Shown piece after piece: positions 13,783-24,102 of a DNA stretch of 41,155 nt. The notes beneath the pieces were generated by a model. It had not been told where the DNA came from, did no database searches, and was given only the letters and a program-made list of their open reading frames with translations. Positions within the stretch are counted from its first letter, which is position 1, and every line of letters starts with the position of its first letter. Source of the DNA: Phoronis australis (lineage: Eukaryota; Animalia; Phoronida). The translations under genes were made by a program, and so were the position numbers. The DNA lies in assembly GCA_002633005.1 (NCBI GenBank), contig NMRA01000297.1, positions 1 through 41,155 on the forward strand, given 5' to 3'.

Positions 13783-14794
13783 CAGTAGATCCAAAGATTT
13801 TATAGTTTTTAGAACTACAAGTGGTACTTGAATTCATTGTTATCTCTTGGACCTTCCTGGGTTCTGGTTTGATCTGTAGGTTTTGAAGTTTCTTCATTTA
13901 CGTAGGACAATGCTTTGATTAACATCTGCATAAAAATACTGAGATTCTGAGTGTATTGTTAAAATAGGTATTCTGGGTCTTAGTTGTCTCACTGGTTCAG
14001 CTATATAATTCCTGCTGTTCACGTTACCACAGAAAGCTTGTCATTGCTATAAAATGTGTGTCAGTTTGAGTCATATCGCTCAAATGGTTTATTGAATGCA
14101 ACTGGTCTTGGAAAGTAGTTCCATCCAGTCAGTTGTGGTTTTTAGTATGGGTCTGATGTGTCTGTCAGCAATTAGCCTGGTGTTTATTGTAGTTAGATAT
14201 TGTTTATGATAAGAGCCTGAAAATTCTGAGACCAGGCGGAACTTTCGTCATGGGACTGGGCTGATAAAAATGAAAGTTAAGTTATAACACATTTGACCAA
14301 TAGCATTTCTGAATTCTTCGTTCCGTTTTCGAATCACCAAAATCGCACAACTACAACAGAAGTTAAGACAATCTATTCTGTCCAAACGGATTACAAACGT
14401 ATAGCGTGCAACCAACATACGTTTCCTTTGAAGCCTGGGAGATAATTGGCCTAGCTGCTTATCATACGGGACAAGAGACTGAGCTGGGCAGTTAACAAAA
14501 GAGCCAGATGTTATCGCACGTTAAGCACCCCTCACGTCTGGAAAAGTCACTGAACGACAGAACGCTTTAATGAGGTTATGATCATTCGGAGTTTGCCGTC
14601 ATCCGTTCAATAAACAGTGAAGAAATACTGCGAGTGATTTTGCGTTATCTTTGTTGTTAAAACGAAGGGGTTCCTTTGAACATTTTTTGACGATATATAC
14701 ATTAATTTCCAAGTTTTACGCCATTTTCGAGGATATTGCGAGAAAGATTTTTCTACATCGTTAGAGAAATTTTGTTACGGAAATGGGCATTCAT

Positions 14795-14942
14795 CACTTG
14801 CGGATTTAGAGAGGAGCCAAGGACCCCCTAAAATTCTCCCAAATTCCATTTGGCAGTTCGGGGGTGCGAATGTCTGACGGCCAAAATCCTGCCTAATACT
14901 CTGCCTTGCCCCCCCCAACTCAAAATCCTGGATCCGCCCCTG
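14795..14942. mobile_element. Short degenerate MITE of the CAGGGGCGGATC TIR family
   Basis: Left CACTTGCGGATTTAG, right CTGGATCCGCCCCTG. Flanks are TTCAT/GTCAT (4/5 match, putative 5-bp TSD). Confidence 0.6.
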
Positions 14943-15007
14943 GTCATTTTCAGCCTTAGTAATAATTGATGAGAAGTGATTTTTAGTAGCAATAATCGAG
15001 ATCTACT

Positions 15008-18000
15008 CAGAGGCGGATCTACGGGGGGGGGTTCAGGGGGTTTAAACCCCCCCCCNNNNNNNNNNNNNNNNNNNNNNNNNNNNNNNNNNNNNNNNNNNNN
15101 NNNNNNNNNNNNNNNNNNNNNNNNNNNNNNNNNNNNNNNNNNNNNNNNNNNNNNNNNNNNNNNNNNNNNNNNNNNNNNNNNNNNNNNNNNNNNNNNNNNN
15201 NNNNNNNNNNNNNNNNNNNNNNNNNNNNNNNNNNNNNNNNNNNNNNNNNNNNNNNNNNNNNNNNNNNNNNNNNNNNNNNNNNNNNNNNNNNNNNNNNNNN
15301 NNNNNNNNNNNNNNNNNNNNNNNNNNNNNNNNNNNNNNNNNNNNNNNNNNNNNNNNNNNNNNNNNNNNNNNNNNNNNNNNNNNNNNNNNNNNNNNNNNNN
15401 NNNNNNNNNNNNNNNNNNNNNNNNNNNNNNNNNNNNNNNNNNNNNNNNNNNNNNNNNNNNNNNNNNNNNNNNNNNNNNNNNNNNNNNNNNNNNNNNNNNN
15501 NNNNNNNNNNNNNNNNNNNNNNNNNNNNNNNNNNNNNNNNNNNNNNNNNNNNNNNNNNNNNTTTTTTATGCTTGTGTACAATGAAAACGAAATAGAAATT
15601 ATTTTTAGACATGCCAAATTTACCCAGTACACCAGAGGGTCTACGAGCGCACAGAAACTGATTCTGGTTTGTATTTCCACATGAGTCTATCTGCTTCATA
15701 TCCAAAATCTTATTTCACACAGTGCGTAGTTAAATCTGTACCCAATACTTATTTCTTCCAGTGAGTACTACAGAACGGTGCGAAAACCCTTCCTTGACAA
15801 CCTCTCGCAGCAGTTGACCACCAGATGTGTAAACTACACGTACGAGCAACCACTGGGGATTAAAACGTGTCTAGAGAGAAGTTTCAATTCAAATTTTTTT
15901 GCAAAGTACGCTTTATGTCTCACGACGAACCAGGCCAGCTTGATTTGTGTAGATATCGAGTTTCAGTGTACTTCTGGTCCCTCGGCGAACTAGTCTTGTG
16001 ATGCTTTTTACCAAAGTGTGCTTTGTAAAACTATTTATCTCAACCAGTACTGTTTGGTCCCGCTACAGATCGATTATTTTTATAAGGACAATAAGCACAC
16101 AGGTGTACTTTTGGTCTCGTGACGGACGAGGCCAGAGTTTTTGTGTACTCTCAGTGTACAGCTTGTAATCTTCTGATATTACGAAATCAGAATATAAGAC
16201 TGGTTCCTCTAGGAACTACTACTGTATATCTTTTCACCACGGTGTAGGCTTACAGAGTGTTTTGGTTTCGTGGAACTGTTTTCAGATGATTTGTTTCCTG
16301 ATACATTTGACGTTTTTCAATTGTTGTCAACGTGATTCAGCTTAATAAAGTGATACTTAATTGTTTATTGTTGCTTTTAGTAATAGACTATGAGCTGAGA
16401 GCACCATCGTTCGCCAGTTTTTCTCGTAACGAGACAGAACGCATGTTTATTTCCGTACTAACAGTACAGGTCTTCATTCTTAAACAGCTTGAGGCTGATA
16501 TTCAAGTTTTTACGCCCCGTGGGTGCTCCTTATGCTCTTCAATGTTTGGTAGTTGTCTAAACCCCTGCATACACACCACACTCTTTCGTCAGTGGCGGAT
16601 CTAGGATATCACAAGGGGGGGCCCAACATTTTGTCCGGCTGTAAGCATTTGTGCAAACTGAACCACGATTGTAGATGCGCATAGCACCGAATGGGGGGAG
16701 GAACTTTTTCTGTTTTTACCTCTAAAAATCAAGCATTTTCCTTGATTCCCGAGAAGTATTATCCAAGAAAAAAAAGGAAAAAAAAAAACGAAACACGGAG
16801 AACGTGTCATACAGGAAAAACTGACGGTACCAAAGACTCGAACTCACGACCTGTCAGATAGAGAGCGCGTGCGTTACCACTACACCACCACGATTACCTA
16901 CAAATATCATAGTAAAAGACCTACTTGTTTATGATCCACAGCGTTTGCGCGCGAAACCTACTTCTTTTCGTAACGCTTATTACATGTTTTATATTTTGTG
17001 CCATCAATAGTTAACAAATTTGTCGTATTTAAAATAGTCTTCAAATGCCCAAAGGCAAAAGACCAAATCCGTTTTTCGTGTTGGCAGTAATGACGGGATT
17101 GCTTTGGAAATCGTCTTAAGATAAGGTTTGACAAAGAGAGTATTGCGAGTTTCTGAGTGATCCACTAAGGCTTCGATTAAAATTCACATCTTACCAGCAG
17201 CTTCTGTTTTTTCATCGTCACTCAGGTTCCATTCTCTTTAAAAAATGAAGTAAATTTTCTTCATTGCACAGTGGAGCAGACGACGAAAACGGAGTCGTAG
17301 TGCGCAGTGCCACTGCCGGTCGCCTGGGATATCGCGGGAGAGCCTATACTTAGNNNNNNNNNNNNNNNNNNNNNNNNNNNNNNNNNNNNNNNNNNNNNNN
17401 NNNNNNNNNNNNNNNNNNNNNNNNNNNNNNNNNNNNNNNNNNNNNNNNNNNNNNNNNNNNNNNNNNNNNNNNNNNNNNNNNNNNNNNNNNNNNNNNNNNN
17501 NNNNNNNNNNNNNNNNNNNNNNNNNNNNNNNNNNNNNNNNNNNNNNNNNNNNNNNNNNNNNNNNNNNNNNNNNNNNNNNNNNNNNNNNNNNNNNNNNNNN
17601 NNNNNNNNNNNNNNNNNNNNNNNNNNNNNNNNNNNNNNNNNNNNNNNNNNNNNNNNNNNNNNNNNNNNNNNNNNNNNNNNNNNNNNNNNNNNNNNNNNNN
17701 NNNNNNNNNNNNNNNNNNNNNNNNNNNNNNNNNNNNNNNNNNNNNNNNNNNNNNNNNNNNNNNNNNNNNNNNNNNNNNNNNNNNNNNNNNNNNNNNNNNN
17801 NNNNNNNNNNNNNNNNNNNNNNNNNNNNNNNNNNNNNNNNNNNNNNNNNNNNNNNNNNNNNNNNNNNNNNNNNNNNNNNNNNNNNNNNNNNNNNNNNNNN
17901 NNNNNNNNNNNNNNNNNNNNNNNNNNNNNNNNNNNNNNNNNNNNNNNNNNNNNNNNNNNNNNNNNNNNNNNNNNNNNNNNNNNNNNNNNNNNNNNNNNNN

Positions 18001-18160
18001 NNNNNNNNNNNNNNNNNNNNNNNNNNNNNNNNNNNNNNNNNNNNNNNNNNNNNNNNNNNNNNNNNNNNNNNNNNNCCCCCCGCTCGGCGCCACACGCCTC
18101 GGATTCGACCTTTGCGGGAATCCTAAACCCCCCCTTACTGAAAACGTAGATCCGCCACTG
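15008..18160. mobile_element. hAT-like non-autonomous or composite DNA transposon with 5-bp TSD CTACT (spans two N-gaps)
   Basis: TIRs CAGAGGCGGATCTACG (15008) and CGTAGATCCGCCACTG (ends 18160) match 15/16. CTACT lies at 15003-15007 and 18161-18165. Removing the insert restores a ~31-bp tandem duplication (GTAGCAATAATCGAGA(T/C)CTACTTAACCTTT). A further left-type TIR, CAGTGGCGGATCTAGG, lies inside at 16590. Confidence 0.65.
16822..16893 (-). pseudogene. tRNA-derived sequence (tRNA pseudogene or SINE head)
   Basis: Minus strand reads TCGTGGTGGTGTAGTGGTAACGCACGCG...GGTCGTGAGTTCGAGTC, with Pol III A box (TGGTGTAGTGG) and B box (GAGTTCGAGTC) at tRNA-like spacing. Acceptor and anticodon stems do not pair properly. 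Confidence 0.6.
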
Positions 18161-18234
18161 CTACTTAACCTTTTGTAGCAATAATCGAGACCTACTTAAC
18201 CTTTATTGCATCAGGAATTACATTCTATAATTGA

Positions 18235-18462
18235 TCAAGACCAGCGTTTTATGCACAAACCTAATGGCAGTTGTTCAAGACAGGTATTTTACGCACAAAC
18301 TATGGCGGGTGGTTGTCAAGACAAGCATTTTAAACACAAACCATTGTGGTTGGCGATCAAGACAGGTGATTTATGTTCAAACTATGGCGGTTGGTCGTCA
18401 AGACGGATGATTTTATGCGCAAACCATAGAGGTTGGTGGTCATGACACGTGATTTTATGCAC
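18235..18462. repeat. Degenerate ~41-bp tandem repeat, ~5.5 copies
   Basis: Recurring TCAAGAC...TTTTATGCACAAAC...TGG...GGTTGG units at ~41-bp spacing. Confidence 0.8.
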
Positions 18463-19207
18463 ATTGTCTCGAGGAATTTTGGAGTAATTTTTCTTCAAGA
18501 TACCACTTCTCAATACAATTAGGAAAAGGTTCTTGAGTCTCGATTTCAAAGATAAGGAGCTCACAGAAAAAACGACAATGCAATGCACTATAAGCGCAAC
18601 ATCAGTTCACAGCTGCTTCACTCACACCTACATGTATGGAATACATTTATTTCTAGGTTTGTGTCACATTTTGAAATCATAAGTTAGTTAGGATTACTAA
18701 TTAAGGAATTGCAGTGCTCTGGAAAAGGTAAAAACTAATTGTACTGATTACAAAACCATTCATTAAGAGCAGGAGACCAATCATAACCAAAGCCTGATAC
18801 TTGAAATAGAAGGTAAAAATAGACCAACAACTGTGATAACCGTTTTCGAAATTTTATTCACCAATGAAGTCTGCTGACAAGAATGATAAATAGACCAAGC
18901 CAAACTTTGGCAACAAACTTGCCACATAGGCTCATCTGACAGCACACTACCCTGCATGTGCATATTTGATACATGCTCTCTCAGTGAAGCTGTTGGATGT
19001 TTGAAATAAAGCACATCAGCCTTGATGTCAAACACTTGAGAACATAAGAAAGTAGGAGAAACTTGACTTATCTATTCTAAAACTGCAAATATTGACCTGC
19101 ATTCTACTGAACATTGCTTTTAGCAGAAAATCACAAAGAATAGACACAACACACACAGGAAACACCAAATTTAACACAATGCGCTAATAGCAATAGTTGC
19201 CAGGGCC

Positions 19208-19298
19208 AATAACTTTCATTTAAGTACATTTTCTTTCTTTAAAAAAATTATTCAAATGGGCCTCAGAACAAGAGTATGTAGTACATCACGTCTATTAA
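19208..19298 (+). repeat. Left copy of the ~91-bp direct duplication flanking the piggyBac element
   Basis: AATAACTTTCATTTAAGTAC...GTCTATTAA matches 22413-22504 except for 2 substitutions and one A in a homopolymer run. Confidence 0.95.
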
Positions 19299-19560
19299 AA
19301 CCCCAGAAGGCCCCATGTTGCAAATATGCAACATTTTTTTGGGAGGCTCAAAAAACCCTTGGAAATGCATGGAGTGACACAAAATATTGCTTGCAACCAT
19401 CAAGACCCATTGTTGCATATTTGCAACATAAATCAGTTGAGTTTCAGGGCCATCTGGTGTGTAAAAGTAAAACAGCAAACATCAAGAATTTCAAGATAGC
19501 TGTCGTGTGAATACTTTGTTGAGGATCTGGATTTTTATTTGTAAAGTTTCGCGATTTATG

Positions 19561-20181
19561 GTAAGTATTTTTTAAAACATTGGTTTATTTGTAGCGTAAT
19601 AGTAACAGAGAACTCAGAGGTGTCTTATTTGTTCAATTTTGATGACTATTAGGTAGAGAAATGTTGGCTGAAATTTTGTTGTTGCATATATGCAACATCG
19701 GGCTTTCAGGGGAGTGAACTGTCGGGCTTTATGCCTGTGAATACTGGACGTCACAAAGCATGCATTCTTTTATTTATTGGGTAGTTGATGTTATTAGTTG
19801 AAATGTTACACTTTGTTTTTGCTCGTGTTTGCGTGATTTATGTGTAACCTTTTACTGTCTTGATGTGTAACATTTGTTGTTAAAAAAACCTACTCGTAGA
19901 AAATCTCAATTTTTTCAACAATGCCGGTTTTACACAATTTATCATTTACTTGAATGTGGGTGTGACATCAGGTTTAACAATGGTTGTTTGTTATGATCTC
20001 ATGAAATTTGACGTCACAACCATTTGCAATAAAAAACATCGCTTTCCATGCTAACAAAGTTCAAAGAATCGAAAGCTATATGTTCAAAATGTCGAAAGCA
20101 TTGTAATTACTAATACAATTTTGGCAGTAAGTTAAATTAGTGCCTGCTATATATTATACATATTTATGTTTTTGTTTACAG
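19561..20181 (+). other. Putative 5'-UTR intron of the piggyBac transposase transcript
   Basis: Strong donor ATG|GTAAGT at 19561. Polypyrimidine tract and acceptor TTTTTGTTTACAG| end at 20181, 6 nt before the ATG at 20188. Confidence 0.6.
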
Positions 20182-20187
20182 ATAAAC

Positions 20188-21977
20188 ATGTCAAGGAAAC
20201 AACACACTATAGAAAATGTATTAGACATGCTAGATGGAAACACTAGTGATCTTGAAGGCTTGTCTGATAATGAAAGTGATGAAGAGTTTCTACCCGAAGA
20301 CAACAGTTATGACAGTGAGAGTGATGATGCAGTTCAGCCTTCAACCAGTAAAGATGGCAATAACACCACAGACTTAGGGCAGAGTGGAGATCAGGATGAC
20401 TCCAGTGATGATGAACCACTATCTCGTCTTGTTCCCAAACCGGTGAAGAAAAAAGAGTCTTACAAGTGGCGCAACCGTCAGTTTCAGCCCCCTGATATTC
20501 CGTTTGAAGGTGAAGCTATAACTGCACCTCCCGATGGAGAGTTGAAAACTGCACACCAGTATTTTACTCAGTTTATAACAGCAGAAATGATTGATCTTTT
20601 AACTGAGAACTCTAACATCTATGCCATGCAGAAAAATGGCACTGCTGCAAACATCAGCCGCAAGGAGGTGGAGCAAGTGATGGGGATGTACCTTAGAATG
20701 GGTATAGTTAAGATGCCAGGTAATCGGACTTACTGGGAAAACGAAACGCGTTATGGGCCTGTGGCTGATGTTATGAGTCGCAACAGGTTTCTGCAAATAC
20801 TCACTCTTCTGCATTTCACGAACAACATGCAAGTGACAGAGCAAGAAAAGGCGCAGTTCAAATTGTGGAAACTGAAACCATGGCTAGATATGTTTCGTAC
20901 CAACTGCCTAAAAGTTACGCCTGAGGAATTCAATTCTGTGGATGAGATGATGATTCCATTCAAAGGCAAGTTCAGTGGACTGAAACAGTATGTCCGCGGT
21001 AAGCCTCACCCGTGGGGCATAAAAGTGTGGGCCCGCACTGGAATAAGTGGAATCCTATGCGACTTTGAAGTTTACAGCGGGAGTAAAAGAACAGTGTCTA
21101 CAAGTTTGAGTCTCTCTGGGGATGTGGTTCTAAATGTCTCGTCCACATTGCCAGCTGGCAAGAATTATAAAGTTGTGGCAGACAATTTTTTCACAAGTGT
21201 CCCACTGATTGAAAAGCTCCAGGAGAGAGGCTTGTGGTTTCTTGGAACTGTTCGTGTAAACCGGGTGAAGGGCTGTGCTACGCCAATAGAAAAAGAAATG
21301 AAGGCCAAAGGTCGCGGTCATCACGAGACAAGAGTTGAGCAATCGACAAATATATGCGCAGTGCAGTGGTATGATAATAAACCTATAACACTGTTGTCCT
21401 CATTTGTTGGTCCCCAGTCAACAGATCAGGTGAGAAGATGGGACCGATCAAGGAAGCAGTTCACTGAGGTACCGCGCCCATACCTTGTTGGTCAATATAA
21501 TCAGTACATGGGTGGAGTGGATTTCGTTGTTGGATGGATTCGTGTCAAAATACAAGTACCCTATCACCTCAAGCCGCTGGTACTTGTACATATTCTGGCA
21601 TACAGTGCAGATTTCTGTGGTCAATGCCTGGTTGATGTATCAAAGGGATTTCAAATCCCTTGGTCTACCAAATAAAGATTTGTCCAAGTTGCGAAAGTTT
21701 CAAGCCGAAATAGCAACCTCTCTTATTATGGTGAAAGCCAAGCGTGGTCGCCAATCCTCTGATGGGAATGGGAATCAAGACAAGCAGCCAAAAAGTCAGG
21801 AAAGCGGTTCCTGATGATGTTCGAAAGGACAACACTGGGCATTGGCCGATGAAACTGCCTAAGCGAGGGCGTTGCGCGTACTGCGAAGGAGGGTATACAG
21901 ACACAGCGTGTGAGAAGTGTGACATCCGACTTTGTTTTAATGAGTCAAGGAACTGTTTTCGTCTTGGTCACCTGTAG
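20188..21977 (+). pseudogene. piggyBac (PGBD-type, DDE_Tnp_1_7) transposase, frameshifted twice; ~594 aa when repaired
   Basis: Acidic N-terminus. Motifs MSRNRF, SVDEMMIPFKG, GKPHPWGIK, ADNFFTS, GTVRVNR, WYDNKPI and YNQYMGGVD give an intact D-D-D triad. A 4-bp insertion TTCG (21523-21526) disrupts GGVD/LLD, and a second shift lies in the A-run at 21790-21794. C-terminal cysteine-rich domain RCAYC...ACEKCDIRLC...CF, stop TAG 21975-21977, AATAAA at 22203. Confidence 0.95.
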
Positions 21978-22412
21978 GACACACATTATTATCAGTAACA
22001 TTATTGTCATTAGATTAAACAGTTGTTCACTTTGTGGTTAACATTGATCATCTATTTCGAAAATAGCGCAATTTCAAGTTATAACTTAGTCTCCACGAAA
22101 AAAATTTGAAATGATTATTCACTCCCATTTTGTATTTGATAATCCTATGGTCTCATAATTGTCTTGTCTAAGTGATAAGTATGCACATTAGTTGTTTTGA
22201 CTAATAAAATTTTATATTTCATTTATTGGTGTTAATACCTTACTGCACCCATTTAAGCCCAATGTTGCAAATGTGCAACAATGCTAATTAATATTATAAT
22301 TAGTCAATTAGACTTTTTTGTTTGCACATGATCAAGTAACCCCCAATAACTTGCAAACCACTAACAAAGTATTTTTATGGTGATTTTTTATATGCCTGGG
22401 TTTTGAGGGGGT

Positions 22413-22504
22413 AATAACTTTCATTTAAGTACATTTTCTTTCTTTAAAAAAAATTATGCAAATGGGCCTCAGAACAAGAGTATGTAGTACATCAAGTCTA
22501 TTAA
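22413..22504 (+). repeat. Right copy of the ~91-bp direct duplication flanking the piggyBac element
   Basis: See 19208-19298. It contains the first unit of the 42-bp minisatellite. Confidence 0.95.
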
Positions 22505-23050
22505 TGGACCTGAGAACAAGAGTATGCAGAACATCAAGTCTATTAATGGACCTGAGAACAAGAGTATGCAGTACATCAAGTCTATGAATGGACCTGAGAA
22601 CAAGAGTATGCAGAACATCAAGTCTATGAATGGACCTGAGAACGCGAGTATGCAGTACATCAAGTCTATGAATGGACCTGAGAACGCAAGTATGCAGTAC
22701 ATCAAGTCTATGAATGGACCTGAGAACGCGAGTATGCAGTACATCAAGTCTATGAATGGACCTGAGAACGAGAGTATGTAGTACATCAAGTCTATGAATG
22801 GACCTGAGAACGTGAGTATGTAGTACATCAAGTCTATGAATGGACCTGATAACGTGAGTATGCAGTACATCAAGTCTATGAATGGACCTGAGAACGTGAG
22901 TATGCAGTACATCAAGTCTATGAATGGACCTGATAACGAGAGTATGTAGTACATCAAGTCTATGAATGGACATGAGAACGAGAGTATGTAGTACATCAAG
23001 TCTATGAATGGACATGAGAACGAGAGTATGCTGTACATCAAGTCTATTAA
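22461..23050. repeat. 42-bp minisatellite, ~14 copies
   Basis: Unit AATGGACCTGAGAAC(A/G)(A/C/T)GAGTATG(C/T)AGTACATCAAGTCTAT(G/T); highly homogeneous copies. Confidence 0.97.
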
Positions 23051-23324
23051 CGAGTTCAGGCAGAAAATAACAAGTTATACATAAACTTTCTACTGTATGT
23101 AACGCTAACAAAGCTGTGGGTAATGAAATCAATTTGTCAAGTTTTAAAACACAAGTTGATACATGTCACTACTGACCCAAGAGGGTCCACATATTATCAT
23201 ACTGTAAATCCACAGCAGCATCACAACCAATTCACATCTTAATTTATGTGTCACTTACAACTGGCTCCCCACTGTGAACAGAACGTCTGCCGAAGATGAA
23301 ACACTAGTTATTACCAACATGACC

Positions 23325-23644
23325 ATGTACACCAACAACCTGACTTGGTGAAAGTAACAGTGACAATAGACCATCAGCAGGCAACTTTTAGTGGTGTACA
23401 CCAACAAGCTGGCTGTGTGAAAGTAACAGTGACAATAGACCGTCAGCAGGGTTGGTGAAAGTAATAGTGACAATAGACCGTCAGCAGGCTTGGTGAAAGT
23501 AACAGTGACAATAGACCGTCAGCAGGCTGTGTGAAAGTAACAGAGACAATAGACTGGCAGCAACTTTTAGTGTCGTGTACACCAACAAGCTGGCTGTGTG
23601 AAAGTAACAGTGATCATAGACTGAGAGCAGGCAACTTTTGGTGC
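23325..23644. repeat. Compound tandem repeat (~68-bp unit with an internally amplified 38-bp subunit)
   Basis: The GTGAAAGTAACAGTGACAATAGAC core recurs at 23348, 23417, 23455, 23493, 23531 and 23598 (spacing 69, 38, 38, 38, 67). Confidence 0.9.
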
Positions 23645-23980
23645 CAAGCAAATAGTATTTCAAAGTAGCATACTACAGGATTGAACTAGTTAATTTGAAC
23701 AATAAAATTCCTTATCTGACAGCACACAACGGAACTAGCAAACATCTATCTATATGTAGGTGGATTGTTTATTTGAAGGGCATACATTATTGATTTGGAC
23801 AAGCAATTTTTTGCCTCGGGCAAATGAAATTTTTAATTATTTAGCCGGACTGACAAAATAACCTAAAATGATGTGAATGCAAGATCTACAAAATTGCCAT
23901 CAACGAGACACATCAAACACATGACACAAAGACAGCACAGCAGCATTACATGGGTACTTTCTCAGCCTGCTCCTCCAGCA

Positions 23981-24102
23981 TTACATTGGTACTTTCTCTG
24001 ACGGCTCCCTCCAGCCTTCTGTAACGTGCTGATGAAACTTCTTATTCTTGGCTGTTAACTGCTTGGCAGCACAGTGCAATTTCTTCATGAAGTCGTGCAC
24101 AC
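23981..24102 (-). CDS. STARD7: STARD7-like phosphatidylcholine transfer protein, terminal coding exon
   Basis: Acceptor TTTTGTTAACCAG|. Encodes (G)VHDFMKKLHCAAKQLTAKNKKFHQHVTEGWREPSEKVPM*, similar to the STARD7 C-terminal helix GMPDFLEKLH. Phase is compatible with the upstream exon. Confidence 0.88.

Larger units (their letters stand above)
19301..22410 (+). mobile_element. Full-length piggyBac DNA transposon (~3.1 kb)
   Basis: Degenerate 13-bp TIRs CCCCAGAAGGCCC / GGGTTTTGAGGGG. Flanks are TTAAAA (left) and GTAA (right). It carries four subterminal TGTTGCA-N4-TGCAACA palindromes and encloses a piggyBac transposase gene. Confidence 0.88.

Noticed and set aside
13790-14215. Strand-biased stretch resembling decayed minus-strand coding sequence
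   Set aside because: Multiple stops in every frame and no recognisable motif.
14976-18149. Long ORFs of 200-285 aa
   Set aside because: Composed almost entirely of X residues from N-gaps.
22425-23132. 235-aa and 190-aa minus-strand ORFs with 14-aa repeats; also a superficial CRISPR-like regularity
   Set aside because: They result from a 42-bp (multiple of 3) minisatellite. There are no unique spacers and no cas genes, and the context is eukaryotic.
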